63,860 nt of DNA. It comes from a virus. Taxonomy: Duplodnaviria > Caudoviricetes. Positions 47,099-55,446 of the stretch are shown in pieces. The stretch is taken from the IMG/VR virus record IMGVR_UViG_3300042881_000493, positions 1 to 63,860 of that record. One strand, 5' to 3'. Below the pieces are notes generated by a model. That model saw only the letters and a list, made by a program, of their open reading frames with translations, was not told the origin of the DNA and did no database searches. How positions within the stretch are numbered: position 1 is the stretch's first letter; every line of letters starts with the position of its first letter. The position numbers and the translations under genes were made by a program.

Positions 47099-48574
47099 AT
47101 GGGATTAGAGTTACGGCCTTATCAGAAGGCTACGCTAGAGGCATTGCGTAAGGGGTTTGCATCGGGCAAAAAAAGCCTGATGCTCTACGCCCCCACGGGT
47201 GCAGGTAAAACGGAGATGGCTATCGCTTTGCTCGAAGCCACAAGCCAGAAGGGTAATCGGGCGGCAATGATCTTAGACAGGATCATTCTGTGCGATCAGA
47301 CGAGTCAACGGCTAGACAAATACAACATAGATCATGGAGTCTTACAGTCAGGTCACTGGCGTGATCTCCCGTCTGAGAAGATACAGATCTGTTCGGCTCA
47401 GACATTGGAGAGACGCGAGGAGTTTCCCAATCTAAACCTACTCATCATTGACGAAGCCCACCAGACCCGTGCGGCAACAGTCGAGTTCATCAAGAACAAT
47501 CCAGCGATCAGAGTCATAGGTCTGAGTGCTACACCTTTTACCAAGGGGTTAGCCAAGGTCTATGAGGATGTGGTCTCTACTGTCACGACACAAGAGTTGG
47601 TAGATGACAAGGTGCTTGTCCCGCTAAAAGTATTTATTGCCAAAGAAATAAATATGGAAGGGGCTAAGAAGGTGGCGGGCGAATGGTCTCCTATCGAGAC
47701 TACTAAACGGGGTATGCAGATCACAGGCGACATCGTGGTGGAGTGGGAGAAAAAGACCAATGAGATATTTGGTAAGCCGGCAAAGACGATTGTGTTCTGC
47801 TCCGGTGTAGCTCATGGTGCTGACTTGGCGCAGAAGTTTGGTGATCGTGGCTATAACTTTATCAATATCAGTTATCGGGATGACGATCAGTATAAGAAGG
47901 ATGTGATCGAGGAGTTTAGTAAGCCAAACACAGAGATTCAAGGGTTGATTGCTACTGACATCCTGACTAAAGGATTTGATGTGTCCGATGTGATGATTGG
48001 GGTATCGGCTAGGCCGTTCTCTAAGTCCTTGTCCTCCCACATTCAGCAGATGGGACGGGTCATGCGCGGTCATGAAGGGAAAGAGTTTGCCGTGTGGTTG
48101 GATCATTCGGGTAACTATCTTAGATTCCGCGAGGAGTGGGATGAGGTGTTTGGTGGTGGTGTTAGTGAACTAGATGACGGGGCGGAGAAGACTAAGAAAG
48201 AACCAAGCGAGAAGGAAAAAGAATTAGCTAAGTGTCCTGCGTGTGGGGCTTTGTGGCCTTTGAATTCAGATATGTGCAAGTCATGTGGACATATACGGCA
48301 GAGAAAGACCAAGGTCGAGGCGGTAGCGGGTGAGATGGAGGAGTTGACTGGCACTATGGCTCGCGAGAGTAAGCAGTTGTGGTGGTCGATGATGAACTGG
48401 TACATGAAATACAACGGATGGTCGAAGGGACGGGCGGCTAATGTGTACCGAGAGAAGTTCGGAGTCTGGCCTCGCGGGTTGGAGGACAATCCGGTCATGC
48501 CGGATGCAAATGTTTCTAAGTTTGTGCAGGATGGGATCAATAGATACGTTAAGTCAATCAGGAGGATGCGTTAA
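47099..48574 (+). CDS. Superfamily 2 DNA helicase with a C-terminal zinc ribbon
   Basis: APTGAGKT, IIDEAH, GLSATP, LTKGFD, QQMGRVMR, CPAC...CKSC. Confidence 0.92.
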   Translation: MGLELRPYQKATLEALRKGFASGKKSLMLYAPTGAGKTEMAIALLEATSQKGNRAAMILDRIILCDQTSQRLDKYNIDHGVLQSGHWRDLPSEKIQICSAQTLERREEFPNLNLLIIDEAHQTRAATVEFIKNNPAIRVIGLSATPFTKGLAKVYEDVVSTVTTQELVDDKVLVPLKVFIAKEINMEGAKKVAGEWSPIETTKRGMQITGDIVVEWEKKTNEIFGKPAKTIVFCSGVAHGADLAQKFGDRGYNFINISYRDDDQYKKDVIEEFSKPNTEIQGLIATDILTKGFDVSDVMIGVSARPFSKSLSSHIQQMGRVMRGHEGKEFAVWLDHSGNYLRFREEWDEVFGGGVSELDDGAEKTKKEPSEKEKELAKCPACGALWPLNSDMCKSCGHIRQRKTKVEAVAGEMEELTGTMARESKQLWWSMMNWYMKYNGWSKGRAANVYREKFGVWPRGLEDNPVMPDANVSKFVQDGINRYVKSIRRMR

Positions 48575-49398
48575 TGGAATTCATTTCATTTTGCAGGGCG
48601 CACGGGGTATTGATCGACATCCCTCCACCGATAGGAGTCTGGAGAAGATACCCAACGGATGACCACCCAAAGAAAAGAAACGGGGCGGTCAAGTTCATGG
48701 GAGATCACGGGTTTGTGCAGAACCATGCGGTCGATACCGAGGTATCTGTGTGGCAACCAGAGACACCGATCAAGATTGACAGAAAGAAAATAGCCAAGGA
48801 TCTTGCGGTGGTCGAGGCTAAACGCAGGGCAGATCAGGAAGATGCAGTCAAGCGGGCTGCTTTTATCTTGAGTCAGGCGGGTATTGGTAAGCATCCGTAT
48901 CTAGACAAGAAGGGTTTTGTAGGCGCAGAAGATATGGTGTGGGGGCATGAGGGTAAGAAAACAATGGTCATTCCCATGCGGGTGGATGGACACTTAGTCG
49001 GATGTCAGCTAATCGAGGAGGATGGATCTAAGAAGTTTCTGTATGGTCAGCGCACCAGTAATGCGGAGTTGGTCATGGATAACAAGGGGATTCATATACT
49101 TTGTGAAGGTTACGCAACGGGTCTGTCTATCCAAGAGGCTTTTAGAAAGATGAGCCGGAGGTACACGATCCATGTTTGCTTCAGCGCGGGGAACATGAAG
49201 AAGGTGGCGCAGGGCTTACCGGATGGACTCATAGTTGCGGACAACGATAAAAGCAAGACGGGGGAGCGGGTTGCTAAGGAGATCGGATGGCCTTACTGGA
49301 TGAGCGATGTCGAGGGAGAGGACGCTAACGACACTCACCAAAGGATAGGCGTTCTCCGGTTTGGATTAAGCCTAGTACGCTCATTGAACTTGGTCTGA
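48574..49398 (+). CDS. TOPRIM-domain primase (TraC-like)
   Basis: HPYLDKKG, GCQLI..DGSKKFL.G, CEGYATGLS, VCFSAGN, ADND, DAND. Confidence 0.85.
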   Translation: MEFISFCRAHGVLIDIPPPIGVWRRYPTDDHPKKRNGAVKFMGDHGFVQNHAVDTEVSVWQPETPIKIDRKKIAKDLAVVEAKRRADQEDAVKRAAFILSQAGIGKHPYLDKKGFVGAEDMVWGHEGKKTMVIPMRVDGHLVGCQLIEEDGSKKFLYGQRTSNAELVMDNKGIHILCEGYATGLSIQEAFRKMSRRYTIHVCFSAGNMKKVAQGLPDGLIVADNDKSKTGERVAKEIGWPYWMSDVEGEDANDTHQRIGVLRFGLSLVRSLNLV

Positions 49399-49578
49399 GT
49401 AATACATGTAGTCAACGCTCAAGATTTCGGGGTGCATAGCCTCCGCGATCTTGAGGTTTGACAGTATCTCTAAGCCGATTTCGTAGCTCATCATGCCGTG
49501 TCCTATGTGGTCAGACTTGACAGTTACGAAACCTTTTTCATCTTCTACGAGATAGATTGCGAACAGAGTTTTCTTCAT
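49381..49578 (-). CDS. Hypothetical protein
   Basis: Last gene of the leftward array; start taken at MKKTLF. Confidence 0.55.
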   Translation of the reverse strand: MKKTLFAIYLVEDEKGFVTVKSDHIGHGMMSYEIGLEILSNLKIAEAMHPEILSVDYMYYSDQVQ

Positions 49579-49760
49579 TAAAAGATTTTGCCAAGCAAAT
49601 AGCCTATTGCAATACAAACTACGGCAAATTGCAAGGTCTCAAGCCAGTAAGTCGGAGGTTCTTCTGTGATTTCTATGGCACACCCGTAGCGGGCGCGGTG
49701 CTCTGAGTCCTTGGGAAAGGCTTCGGCTAGGGTGCGTGGGTATTTGCGTAATGTATCCAT
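49578..49760 (-). CDS. Small membrane protein
   Basis: RKYPRTLAEAFP; C-terminal TM helix. Confidence 0.6.
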   Translation of the reverse strand: MDTLRKYPRTLAEAFPKDSEHRARYGCAIEITEEPPTYWLETLQFAVVCIAIGYLLGKIF

Positions 49761-49763
49761 GAT

Positions 49764-49928
49764 TTACTCCATTGATTCTTTTACTTGAATAAGTTCTTCG
49801 AGGGTGTCGATGATAAAGCCGTAGAGGTCTGTCACTTCCTGCGGTTTACCCTCGGCAAAAGCCCTGCGTTCCATGTCTCGGAATATGTCTAGCTTCTCAT
49901 CGTCCCAGTAGCTTGATTGGTAGTTCAT
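49764..49928 (-). CDS. 54-aa hypothetical protein (not in ORF track)
   Basis: MNYQSSYWDDEKL...; GAGGTG RBS. Confidence 0.55.
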   Translation of the reverse strand: MNYQSSYWDDEKLDIFRDMERRAFAEGKPQEVTDLYGFIIDTLEELIQVKESME

Positions 49929-50104
49929 GGTGTCACCTCATAAACGTTGTCAATAGACCAGTCGCCTCCGATACCCTGATCGACAGGGATAAACGCTCCT
50001 CCGTCCATGTCCTTGGCTATGGCATAGGCTTCGTCCTCATTTGCAGCCTCTACGTGTTCATAAAAGTATGTTGTTAGCTTGGCAATTACTTTGTAAGTTT
50101 TCAT
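49925..50104 (-). CDS. 59-aa hypothetical protein (not in ORF track)
   Basis: MKTYKVIAKLTTY...VEAANEDEAY; AAGGAG RBS. Confidence 0.6.
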   Translation of the reverse strand: MKTYKVIAKLTTYFYEHVEAANEDEAYAIAKDMDGGAFIPVDQGIGGDWSIDNVYEVTP

Positions 50105-50421
50105 TTGTTACTCCTTGCGTAGCTCATAGCTTGTTGCCAAACGCACCATGCGTCCATGATGGATGAGTATGTGCCTAAGCTCCACTTGTCTGTGAATGCG
50201 TCTCCATCTTGCGGTGCTTCTTCTTCAAAAAAGGCTATGCACTCCTCCTCTGTTGCGCTTGCAACGCAAGTTAGGTAAGCGTCAATAAATGCCGTTTGTT
50301 CGTGTGTCGGTTCAAACTCAGCATCAAAGTTGACATGAATGTATTTAGTCTTGTCAATATCGTTGACCCAAAAGTCAATCTTTGCGTCATTAAGTATCTT
50401 GCAAACTTGTTCGTATTTCAT
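50101..50421 (-). CDS. Hypothetical protein
   Basis: GGAGG RBS; array member. Confidence 0.6.
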   Translation of the reverse strand: MKYEQVCKILNDAKIDFWVNDIDKTKYIHVNFDAEFEPTHEQTAFIDAYLTCVASATEEECIAFFEEEAPQDGDAFTDKWSLGTYSSIMDAWCVWQQAMSYARSNK

Positions 50422-50422
50422 T

Positions 50423-50623
50423 TCATTCCTCCATTAAAAAGATGCCCTTGTGTACACAAGTGGCGAACAATTCTTCGTCTGGGATTTTGTTAAACCCATC
50501 AAACCCATGCAGTTGGATGTGTCGGAACACTTCCCTCTGTTCGTCAAGTTCTCTATCAAAGAACCAATCCGTTTCGTATTCAACACAGGCGTTTACCATC
50601 TGTGTTTTAGTTATTGCAGTCAT
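50423..50623 (-). CDS. Hypothetical protein
   Basis: AAGGAG RBS. Confidence 0.6.
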   Translation of the reverse strand: MTAITKTQMVNACVEYETDWFFDRELDEQREVFRHIQLHGFDGFNKIPDEELFATCVHKGIFLMEE

Positions 50624-50639
50624 TTGCTTTCTCCTTTAA

Positions 50640-50804
50640 TTAGTCGTCTGTGTCTGTGTTTAGTTCAACAAAAGGGTACTGCTCATCATGGATAAATGCG
50701 TCATCTACCATTGAAATACCCATGCGGTTTCCTGCGTCCCAGATCAGTACATCTAGGTGCGGGGGCAGTTCTTGTAAGTGGGCGATTAGTTCCGATACTT
50801 TCAT
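50640..50804 (-). CDS. 54-aa hypothetical protein (MKVSELIAHLQELPPHLDV; not in ORF track)
   Basis: ATGA overlap; typical phage small-gene N-terminus. Confidence 0.6.
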   Translation of the reverse strand: MKVSELIAHLQELPPHLDVLIWDAGNRMGISMVDDAFIHDEQYPFVELNTDTDD

Positions 50805-50983
50805 GGCTCCATCCCTTCGTCTATTTGTTCTTGATAATGTTGGTTTATGTTTTCATCTGTGTAGGTGGTAAAGCCACCTTTGGCAAAGAAAAGCACGTTG
50901 TCTTCTAGCCATTCGGGGTTATCTAATAAGTATTGCAATTCATAACGAGTCATGGCATCAATTTTTTCTTTACGTGTCTTCAT
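50801..50983 (-). CDS. Hypothetical protein
   Basis: Starts within an AGGAGACCATCCGATG repeat. Confidence 0.65.
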   Translation of the reverse strand: MKTRKEKIDAMTRYELQYLLDNPEWLEDNVLFFAKGGFTTYTDENINQHYQEQIDEGMEP

Positions 50984-51267
50984 CGGATGGTCTCCTCAAT
51001 ATATTGTTTGGCTTCTTCCTTGGTATCAAAGCATCGGTAATCTCCGTTCTCATCAATCCACTCATCGCAAGTCTTGCCGAATATGACCCATACGTCACCT
51101 ACTCTTTCAGTCTCCCAACAGTTGGGGTCATTGAATCTCTCCATGTAAAGCTCATGCACAATCTTTTTGCAGATCGTATCTTCTACGCCAGTCAGTCGCT
51201 CAAGTTCTGCCGGATGGTTCTCTACTAAAAGATCGCTGATCTGTGCTTTTAGTTCTGCGTGTGTCAT
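50980..51267 (-). CDS. Hypothetical protein
   Basis: Ends EETIR through the repeat; GGAGG RBS. Confidence 0.65.
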   Translation of the reverse strand: MTHAELKAQISDLLVENHPAELERLTGVEDTICKKIVHELYMERFNDPNCWETERVGDVWVIFGKTCDEWIDENGDYRCFDTKEEAKQYIEETIR

Positions 51268-51662
51268 TATTCGTCCTCCTCAAGTTCATAACAACCGATT
51301 GCATCGGCTTGGCTTTTCAATACTTTCAATGGCGTGTAGTGCAGATAAACGCTGACTAATTCGTTAACGTCAACTTCCTGTAAAAGATGGTCAAGGAAAA
51401 ATTCAAGGCGGTGATTTTTGTGCATCGGCTGATCTGCGGGAATAGAAAACATCTTGCGAAGTTTCTTGTTGCTTTTCTCTCCCCAATCCCAATCGGGAAT
51501 GTTGAAAACAATGGGTTTATCAAGCCCATAAAACACCCTTTCGGCTTCCTCGTATGTTTCAAACAAATCATTTCCTGCCAAGTCCCAAAGATATTTGCCC
51601 TTTAGTTCTCCGTCCATGTGTTGCACCCGATAGCCCTCATCGGTCTTAATAATTTCAATCAT
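51267..51662 (-). CDS. Hypothetical protein
   Basis: Starts within the repeat. Confidence 0.65.
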   Translation of the reverse strand: MIEIIKTDEGYRVQHMDGELKGKYLWDLAGNDLFETYEEAERVFYGLDKPIVFNIPDWDWGEKSNKKLRKMFSIPADQPMHKNHRLEFFLDHLLQEVDVNELVSVYLHYTPLKVLKSQADAIGCYELEEDE

Positions 51663-51862
51663 CGGATGGTCTCCTCTAAAACTTCTGTGATTACAAAATC
51701 GGAATGCTCACCAAGCGCGGGCAGTCCGTCCAAATAAAAGAAAATGCGCTCATCCTCTGCATCTTCTATGCCGTCCCATTCACCAAGGGCAACAGTCATG
51801 CCGTTGAATGGTTCTTTACTGTCTACCCAGTAGCCGTTAACTGTGATCGTTTCGTACTTCAT
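51659..51862 (-). CDS. Hypothetical protein
   Basis: Bounded by two repeat copies. Confidence 0.65.
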   Translation of the reverse strand: MKYETITVNGYWVDSKEPFNGMTVALGEWDGIEDAEDERIFFYLDGLPALGEHSDFVITEVLEETIR

Positions 51863-51875
51863 CGGATGGTCTCCT

Positions 51876-52190
51876 TTAGTGAGTCAATGAATAATGGTGA
51901 TCGATGGTGTCGCGGATTAGGTCAAGGTTTCGCGTAGCCTGTGCGTGTTGTTCCTCGACTGTGCGCTGAGTTACTCGTGCGGGGCGTGTGCTCAAGATTG
52001 TTTTGTCGTAGTCTTTAAACGGCTCGTAGGAAAAATAATTTCCGTCTTTGTGCTCGACTGTGGCGGTGGTGCAGAGAGACCCGCCCCATCGTTTCATGGT
52101 GAGGATTCTCAGGCGCATGGTGTCGTTAATCTCAACGTGAGATTCTGTAATCCATCCTCGGTGTATTGATTTGTGAGTTTTGGTGTTCAT
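51876..52190 (-). CDS. Hypothetical protein
   Basis: Array member. Confidence 0.6.
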   Translation of the reverse strand: MNTKTHKSIHRGWITESHVEINDTMRLRILTMKRWGGSLCTTATVEHKDGNYFSYEPFKDYDKTILSTRPARVTQRTVEEQHAQATRNLDLIRDTIDHHYSLTH

Positions 52191-52495
52191 CTTGTTGCCT
52201 CTTGAATGTATGTTCTAACTGTGTTCATATCCTCATCGCTGACTGTGTAGATGTCGCGCTGACCCCCGTCAAGGCATAGTCCGCCCGTAGGGTCGCCCCC
52301 ATAAAAGCCCTCGTGCCCGAGTAGCGTCCCGACGTAATAACGGCTCACAAACCCGCCCCGCCCGTCATTGGTCGGGTGGTTCGAGTCGTAGAATTCAACC
52401 ATTGGCTTGTCCTCGTCATGGGTCAAACAATCGTCGCGCCCGAAGCGGTCGCCCTTTCGCACAATCCGGACGTTGTATTTATCAACTTTCATCAT
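52187..52495 (-). CDS. Hypothetical protein
   Basis: AGGAG RBS; VRIVRKGDRFG...VEFYD...FVSRYY...GLCLDGG. Confidence 0.65.
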   Translation of the reverse strand: MMKVDKYNVRIVRKGDRFGRDDCLTHDEDKPMVEFYDSNHPTNDGRGGFVSRYYVGTLLGHEGFYGGDPTGGLCLDGGQRDIYTVSDEDMNTVRTYIQEATR

Positions 52496-52555
52496 TTAGT
52501 TTCTCCTGTTCGGGCAAAAGTACCCTCCAAAGCCCTCAAAAAGGGCTTCAGGCGG

Positions 52556-52729
52556 TTATCTAGCCTCTGCCCTACCTATCTCAAACAATCGGACGATCTC
52601 CAAGCGGTTGTCGGGGTCTTTGGCGGTGGCTTGGGCTAGCCAAGTTCGGTAAAAATTCGCTCGTGTGCTGCTTTTTGTTTTCTCGAATTTATAGCCCATG
52701 TCGATGATGTAAGCGGGTGGGTAGTTCAT
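52556..52729 (-). CDS. 57-aa hypothetical protein (not in ORF track)
   Basis: MNYPPAYIIDMGYKFEK...; GAGGAGG RBS. Confidence 0.55.
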   Translation of the reverse strand: MNYPPAYIIDMGYKFEKTKSSTRANFYRTWLAQATAKDPDNRLEIVRLFEIGRAEAR

Positions 52730-53001
52730 GAGGTGGCCTCCTCTTTATGGGTCAATCGGTTAATGTGTTCGCAAAGGTCGCGCAAGTTGAAGCATTGAAA
52801 AACAATGCCCCCTCCGTAGCCTTTGGTGTGATACTTTTTTCCGCCTAATGCCTTGCCCAGTTGGACGGCTATGTCATAGCGGGCGGAAACGCTTAAATTG
52901 CTTTGCCATCCATGCACATCAAGGTGCAGAAAGTGGCAGACGTAGCGCGGGTTTCCGTTAATGTCATGGCGAATTTTTGTGAAGTCGTTTGGGGTAATCA
53001 T
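52726..53001 (-). CDS. Hypothetical protein
   Basis: Starts within the repeat; DINGNPRYVCHF...YGGGIVFQ. Confidence 0.7.
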   Translation of the reverse strand: MITPNDFTKIRHDINGNPRYVCHFLHLDVHGWQSNLSVSARYDIAVQLGKALGGKKYHTKGYGGGIVFQCFNLRDLCEHINRLTHKEEATS

Positions 53002-53049
53002 CGGATGGTCTCCTTAAAGAATTGCGGGGTCGTGGGTGGTAAACATGGT

Positions 53050-53196
53050 TCAAGCCTCCCAAATGCCGTAGCCCTTGGGCATGCGGACAAGCCCATGCTG
53101 ATGGCGGAATCGGGCGATAGCGTCCTTTTTGTTCGTGCCGTAGCAAGTCATGGCGACATGTATCCATGTTGGGATGTGGACAAAATAGCGTTTCAT
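53050..53196 (-). CDS. 48-aa hypothetical protein (MKRYFVHIPTW...; not in ORF track)
   Basis: ATG supplied by the repeat at 53194-53209. Confidence 0.6.
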   Translation of the reverse strand: MKRYFVHIPTWIHVAMTCYGTNKKDAIARFRHQHGLVRMPKGYGIWEA

Positions 53197-53609
53197 CGGA
53201 TGGTCTCCTTTGTGGTTTCTAGGTGGTTGTGAAGTTGCTCAAGTACTTGGGCGCGTGTGCCGGTATAGCCCTCGTTTTTGAGGGTCTGATAAGCGGATTG
53301 ACCCCGCTTTTTCATGCCCGCGATCTCAAGGCGCAAAGCCCCCCGAAGGGCTAGAAGGCGGAAGCGGGCGATCTTTTCGGGTGTGTCTAGGACAATGGCA
53401 TTCATTGGGTGGTCTCCTTTATGCGGTGGCGGTATAACGTGTGCGTTAACAACTTCAAAAATTGGTTTTGTGCGTGTCAGTTGTCTGCGGGCAATGGCGC
53501 GAACGTCATCGTTTTTACAGGTGGCGATTTCAAGTTCTAGATGCTCAATGCGAAGTGCCAAGATCATCCAAAGTTCTGCGGTTTGTATTGAAGTCAGGTC
53601 TAGTTGCAT
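53193..53609 (-). CDS. Hypothetical protein; probably two cassettes in frame, with an internal start at 53405
   Basis: The variant repeat gives an RBS+ATG at 53405 (MNAIVLDTPEKI...). Confidence 0.55.
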   Translation of the reverse strand: MQLDLTSIQTAELWMILALRIEHLELEIATCKNDDVRAIARRQLTRTKPIFEVVNAHVIPPPHKGDHPMNAIVLDTPEKIARFRLLALRGALRLEIAGMKKRGQSAYQTLKNEGYTGTRAQVLEQLHNHLETTKETIR

Positions 53610-53612
53610 GGT

Positions 53613-53783
53613 TTAGCTCCAGTCGGTTTGAATAAGGGCGAACAGGGCGCAAGATCCGGCAGACAGGGCAGTGACAAGCCCTAGGGTCTCGGATGGCTCT
53701 CCGATAAAAATTGATGCGACGTAACCTGCGAAGCAGATCAGCGTCTTAACGGCTAAATAAATTGTCTCAAGGTACTGGATCAT
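53613..53783 (-). CDS. 56-aa two-TM membrane protein (not in ORF track)
   Basis: MIQYLETIYLAVKTLICFAGYVASIFIG...LGLVTALSAGSCALFALI; AAGGA RBS. Confidence 0.5.
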   Translation of the reverse strand: MIQYLETIYLAVKTLICFAGYVASIFIGEPSETLGLVTALSAGSCALFALIQTDWS

Positions 53784-53800
53784 GGTTCTTCCTTTGAAGT

Positions 53801-53818
53801 AAAAGCCCCCGAAGGGGC
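53801..53818 (-). terminator. Terminator-like hairpin
   Basis: Minus strand GCCCC-TTCG-GGGGC-TTTT. Confidence 0.5.
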
Positions 53819-53822
53819 GGGA

Positions 53823-54041
53823 TTAGTTAAGAATCAAACGGCCAGTAAGACCGAAGGATTGAAGGGTCGCAATAGCGTTTTCAATGGCTTCCCTGCGTGT
53901 GTGCCCATAGAACACAGGCGGAACGTTTGTGTTGGGCAAGGCGCACTCAAATTCGATAACCCAAGCGGGTGGCACAGTTGCACGAATACGAGGGTTGTAG
54001 GTCTCGGGTTGGAAGTAACATTCAGCATTGATCTTGGTCAT
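53823..54041 (-). CDS. First gene of the leftward small-gene array
   Basis: AAGGA RBS. Confidence 0.6.
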   Translation of the reverse strand: MTKINAECYFQPETYNPRIRATVPPAWVIEFECALPNTNVPPVFYGHTRREAIENAIATLQSFGLTGRLILN

Positions 54042-54258
54042 GATTTTAAGTTCCTTTGTAAGTGGTTGTAAAGCAGTGTAACGATTTATCGTGCCTTACA
54101 CATATATAGCATAATAGAATCGTGCCATGTATCAAAAAACCCTTTAAAATCAACGCTAGGGGTTTTCCCTATGAAACACAAAGTATTAAAAAAACATGGT
54201 GAAAGTGCTTTTTAAATTGTGAACGAAATGCTTACAAAAACAAGCTGCACAAAGGGCT

Positions 54259-54278
54259 AGAAAAATTAAAATTTTTCT
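54259..54278 (+). promoter_or_regulatory. 20-bp palindromic motif upstream of terS
   Basis: AGAAAAATTAAAATTTTTCT. Confidence 0.7.
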
Positions 54279-54360
54279 GTTCCAATCGCGCCCGTAAGGA
54301 CATAGCGAAGCGGGTCGGCTTTGCTTACTATTCCCCCACTGTAGAAGGAGAGAACACACC

Positions 54361-55086
54361 ATGAAAACACTCACACGCAAGCAGATCAAGGAAGGTCTAG
54401 AACAAGTCCCAATGGCAGACATACTAGGCGTTTCCCACAAGGAGATCACCCCGAAAATGCAAACGTTCGCAAGGGAGATAGCGAAGGGGTCAAAGAAGGT
54501 TGACGCTTACCGCAAGGCTTACAAGGCGGATGCCAAACCCTCTAGCCTCGCCAAAGACCCTTACACGCTAGCCAATGATCCAAGAGTCATCCAAGAGGTC
54601 GAGGCTTACAGGCTGGCTTTAGAGTCGGCTAAACATCGCACCCCTGTTGCTTTGAGGGAGTTGGTAATTCAATCCCTTGTCCAAGTATTGATTGACCCAA
54701 AGGCTAAACAGTCAACCAAAGTGGCGAGCGCGAAGGTACTTGGCACAGTGACAGAGGTTTCCGCATTCACTGAGAGGCGCGAGGTTCGAACCATCTCATC
54801 GAGCGCAGACACCAAGGCGCAGATCATGGCGCAGTTGCGGGAGATGCTCAACGGGCGCGCGGAAGATGCGACGATCATAGAGGCCGACACCCTTTTGCGC
54901 GAGCTATCGGGCGAGACCCACCCACTCCCGACCCCCCCGAACGGCGTTGCGGAGTCCCAAGATCCTATACATACTATTCCACACGAACCAACCCAACAAG
55001 ATTCGGTTTTGGAAGACCCCCCACCCCCAGAAAAAGTTTCTGGAGCAGCACCCACCCATCCTTTTAGGGGAGACACCCCGGCGTAG
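54361..55086 (+). CDS. terS: Terminase small subunit (putative)
   Basis: ITPKMQTFAREIA...DAYRKAY HTH-like; upstream of terL; AAGGAG RBS. Confidence 0.65.
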   Translation: MKTLTRKQIKEGLEQVPMADILGVSHKEITPKMQTFAREIAKGSKKVDAYRKAYKADAKPSSLAKDPYTLANDPRVIQEVEAYRLALESAKHRTPVALRELVIQSLVQVLIDPKAKQSTKVASAKVLGTVTEVSAFTERREVRTISSSADTKAQIMAQLREMLNGRAEDATIIEADTLLRELSGETHPLPTPPNGVAESQDPIHTIPHEPTQQDSVLEDPPPPEKVSGAAPTHPFRGDTPA

Positions 55087-55139
55087 AAAAATTAAAATTT
55101 TTCTGCAAAATAATTTTCTAGAAAAATTAAAATTTTTAT
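55082..55139 (+). promoter_or_regulatory. Tandem pair of the palindromic motif upstream of the LexA-like gene
   Basis: AGAAAAATTAAAATTTTTCT at 55085 and AGAAAAATTAAAATTTTTAT at 55120. Confidence 0.75.
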
Positions 55140-55446
55140 GCGGTTTTTAAAAGTACAGATAAATAAGAAAATGGTGTCACGTAAAAGTGACATGACGTTT
55201 AACGAATGTATGGAGGTAGAGATGACCCCGGTGCAGAAGGAAGTGTTTTTGATTATTGATGAATGGTGGAAGAGGTACGGGTTTAGTCCCTCTCTTAAGG
55301 ACATAGCTCACCAGCGTGGAAAGATGAGTATGTCTAATACTTCTAAAATAATTAAGCGGCTTGTGAATATAGGTGTTATAAAGAAGGTTGATAGACAGGG
55401 TAGGACGATCAGACCTGTTTATATTAACTTCAGGAATTTAGAGTGA
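55138..55446 (+). CDS. LexA N-terminal-type winged-HTH protein without a peptidase domain (start may be 55171 or 55222)
   Basis: MTPVQKEVFLII...YGFSPSLKDIA...IIKRLVNIGVI...RTIRP. Confidence 0.8.
   Translation: MRFLKVQINKKMVSRKSDMTFNECMEVEMTPVQKEVFLIIDEWWKRYGFSPSLKDIAHQRGKMSMSNTSKIIKRLVNIGVIKKVDRQGRTIRPVYINFRNLE

Larger units (their letters stand above)
50981..53418 (-). repeat. Dispersed 16-bp RBS/start repeat AGGAGACCATCCGATG (5 exact copies, 1 variant)
   Basis: Plus-strand CATCGGATGGTCTCCT at 50981, 51660, 51860, 52999, 53194; CATTGGGTGGTCTCCT at 53403. Confidence 0.92.

Noticed and set aside
50981-53418. 16-bp repeats as a CRISPR array or integron attC sites
   Set aside because: Spacing is irregular (about 200-1100 nt), the intervals are whole genes, the repeat is not palindromic, and there is no cas operon or integrase
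54110-54127. Sigma54 promoter on the minus strand (TGGCACG)
   Set aside because: The -24 box matches, but the -12 position reads TATT rather than TTGC
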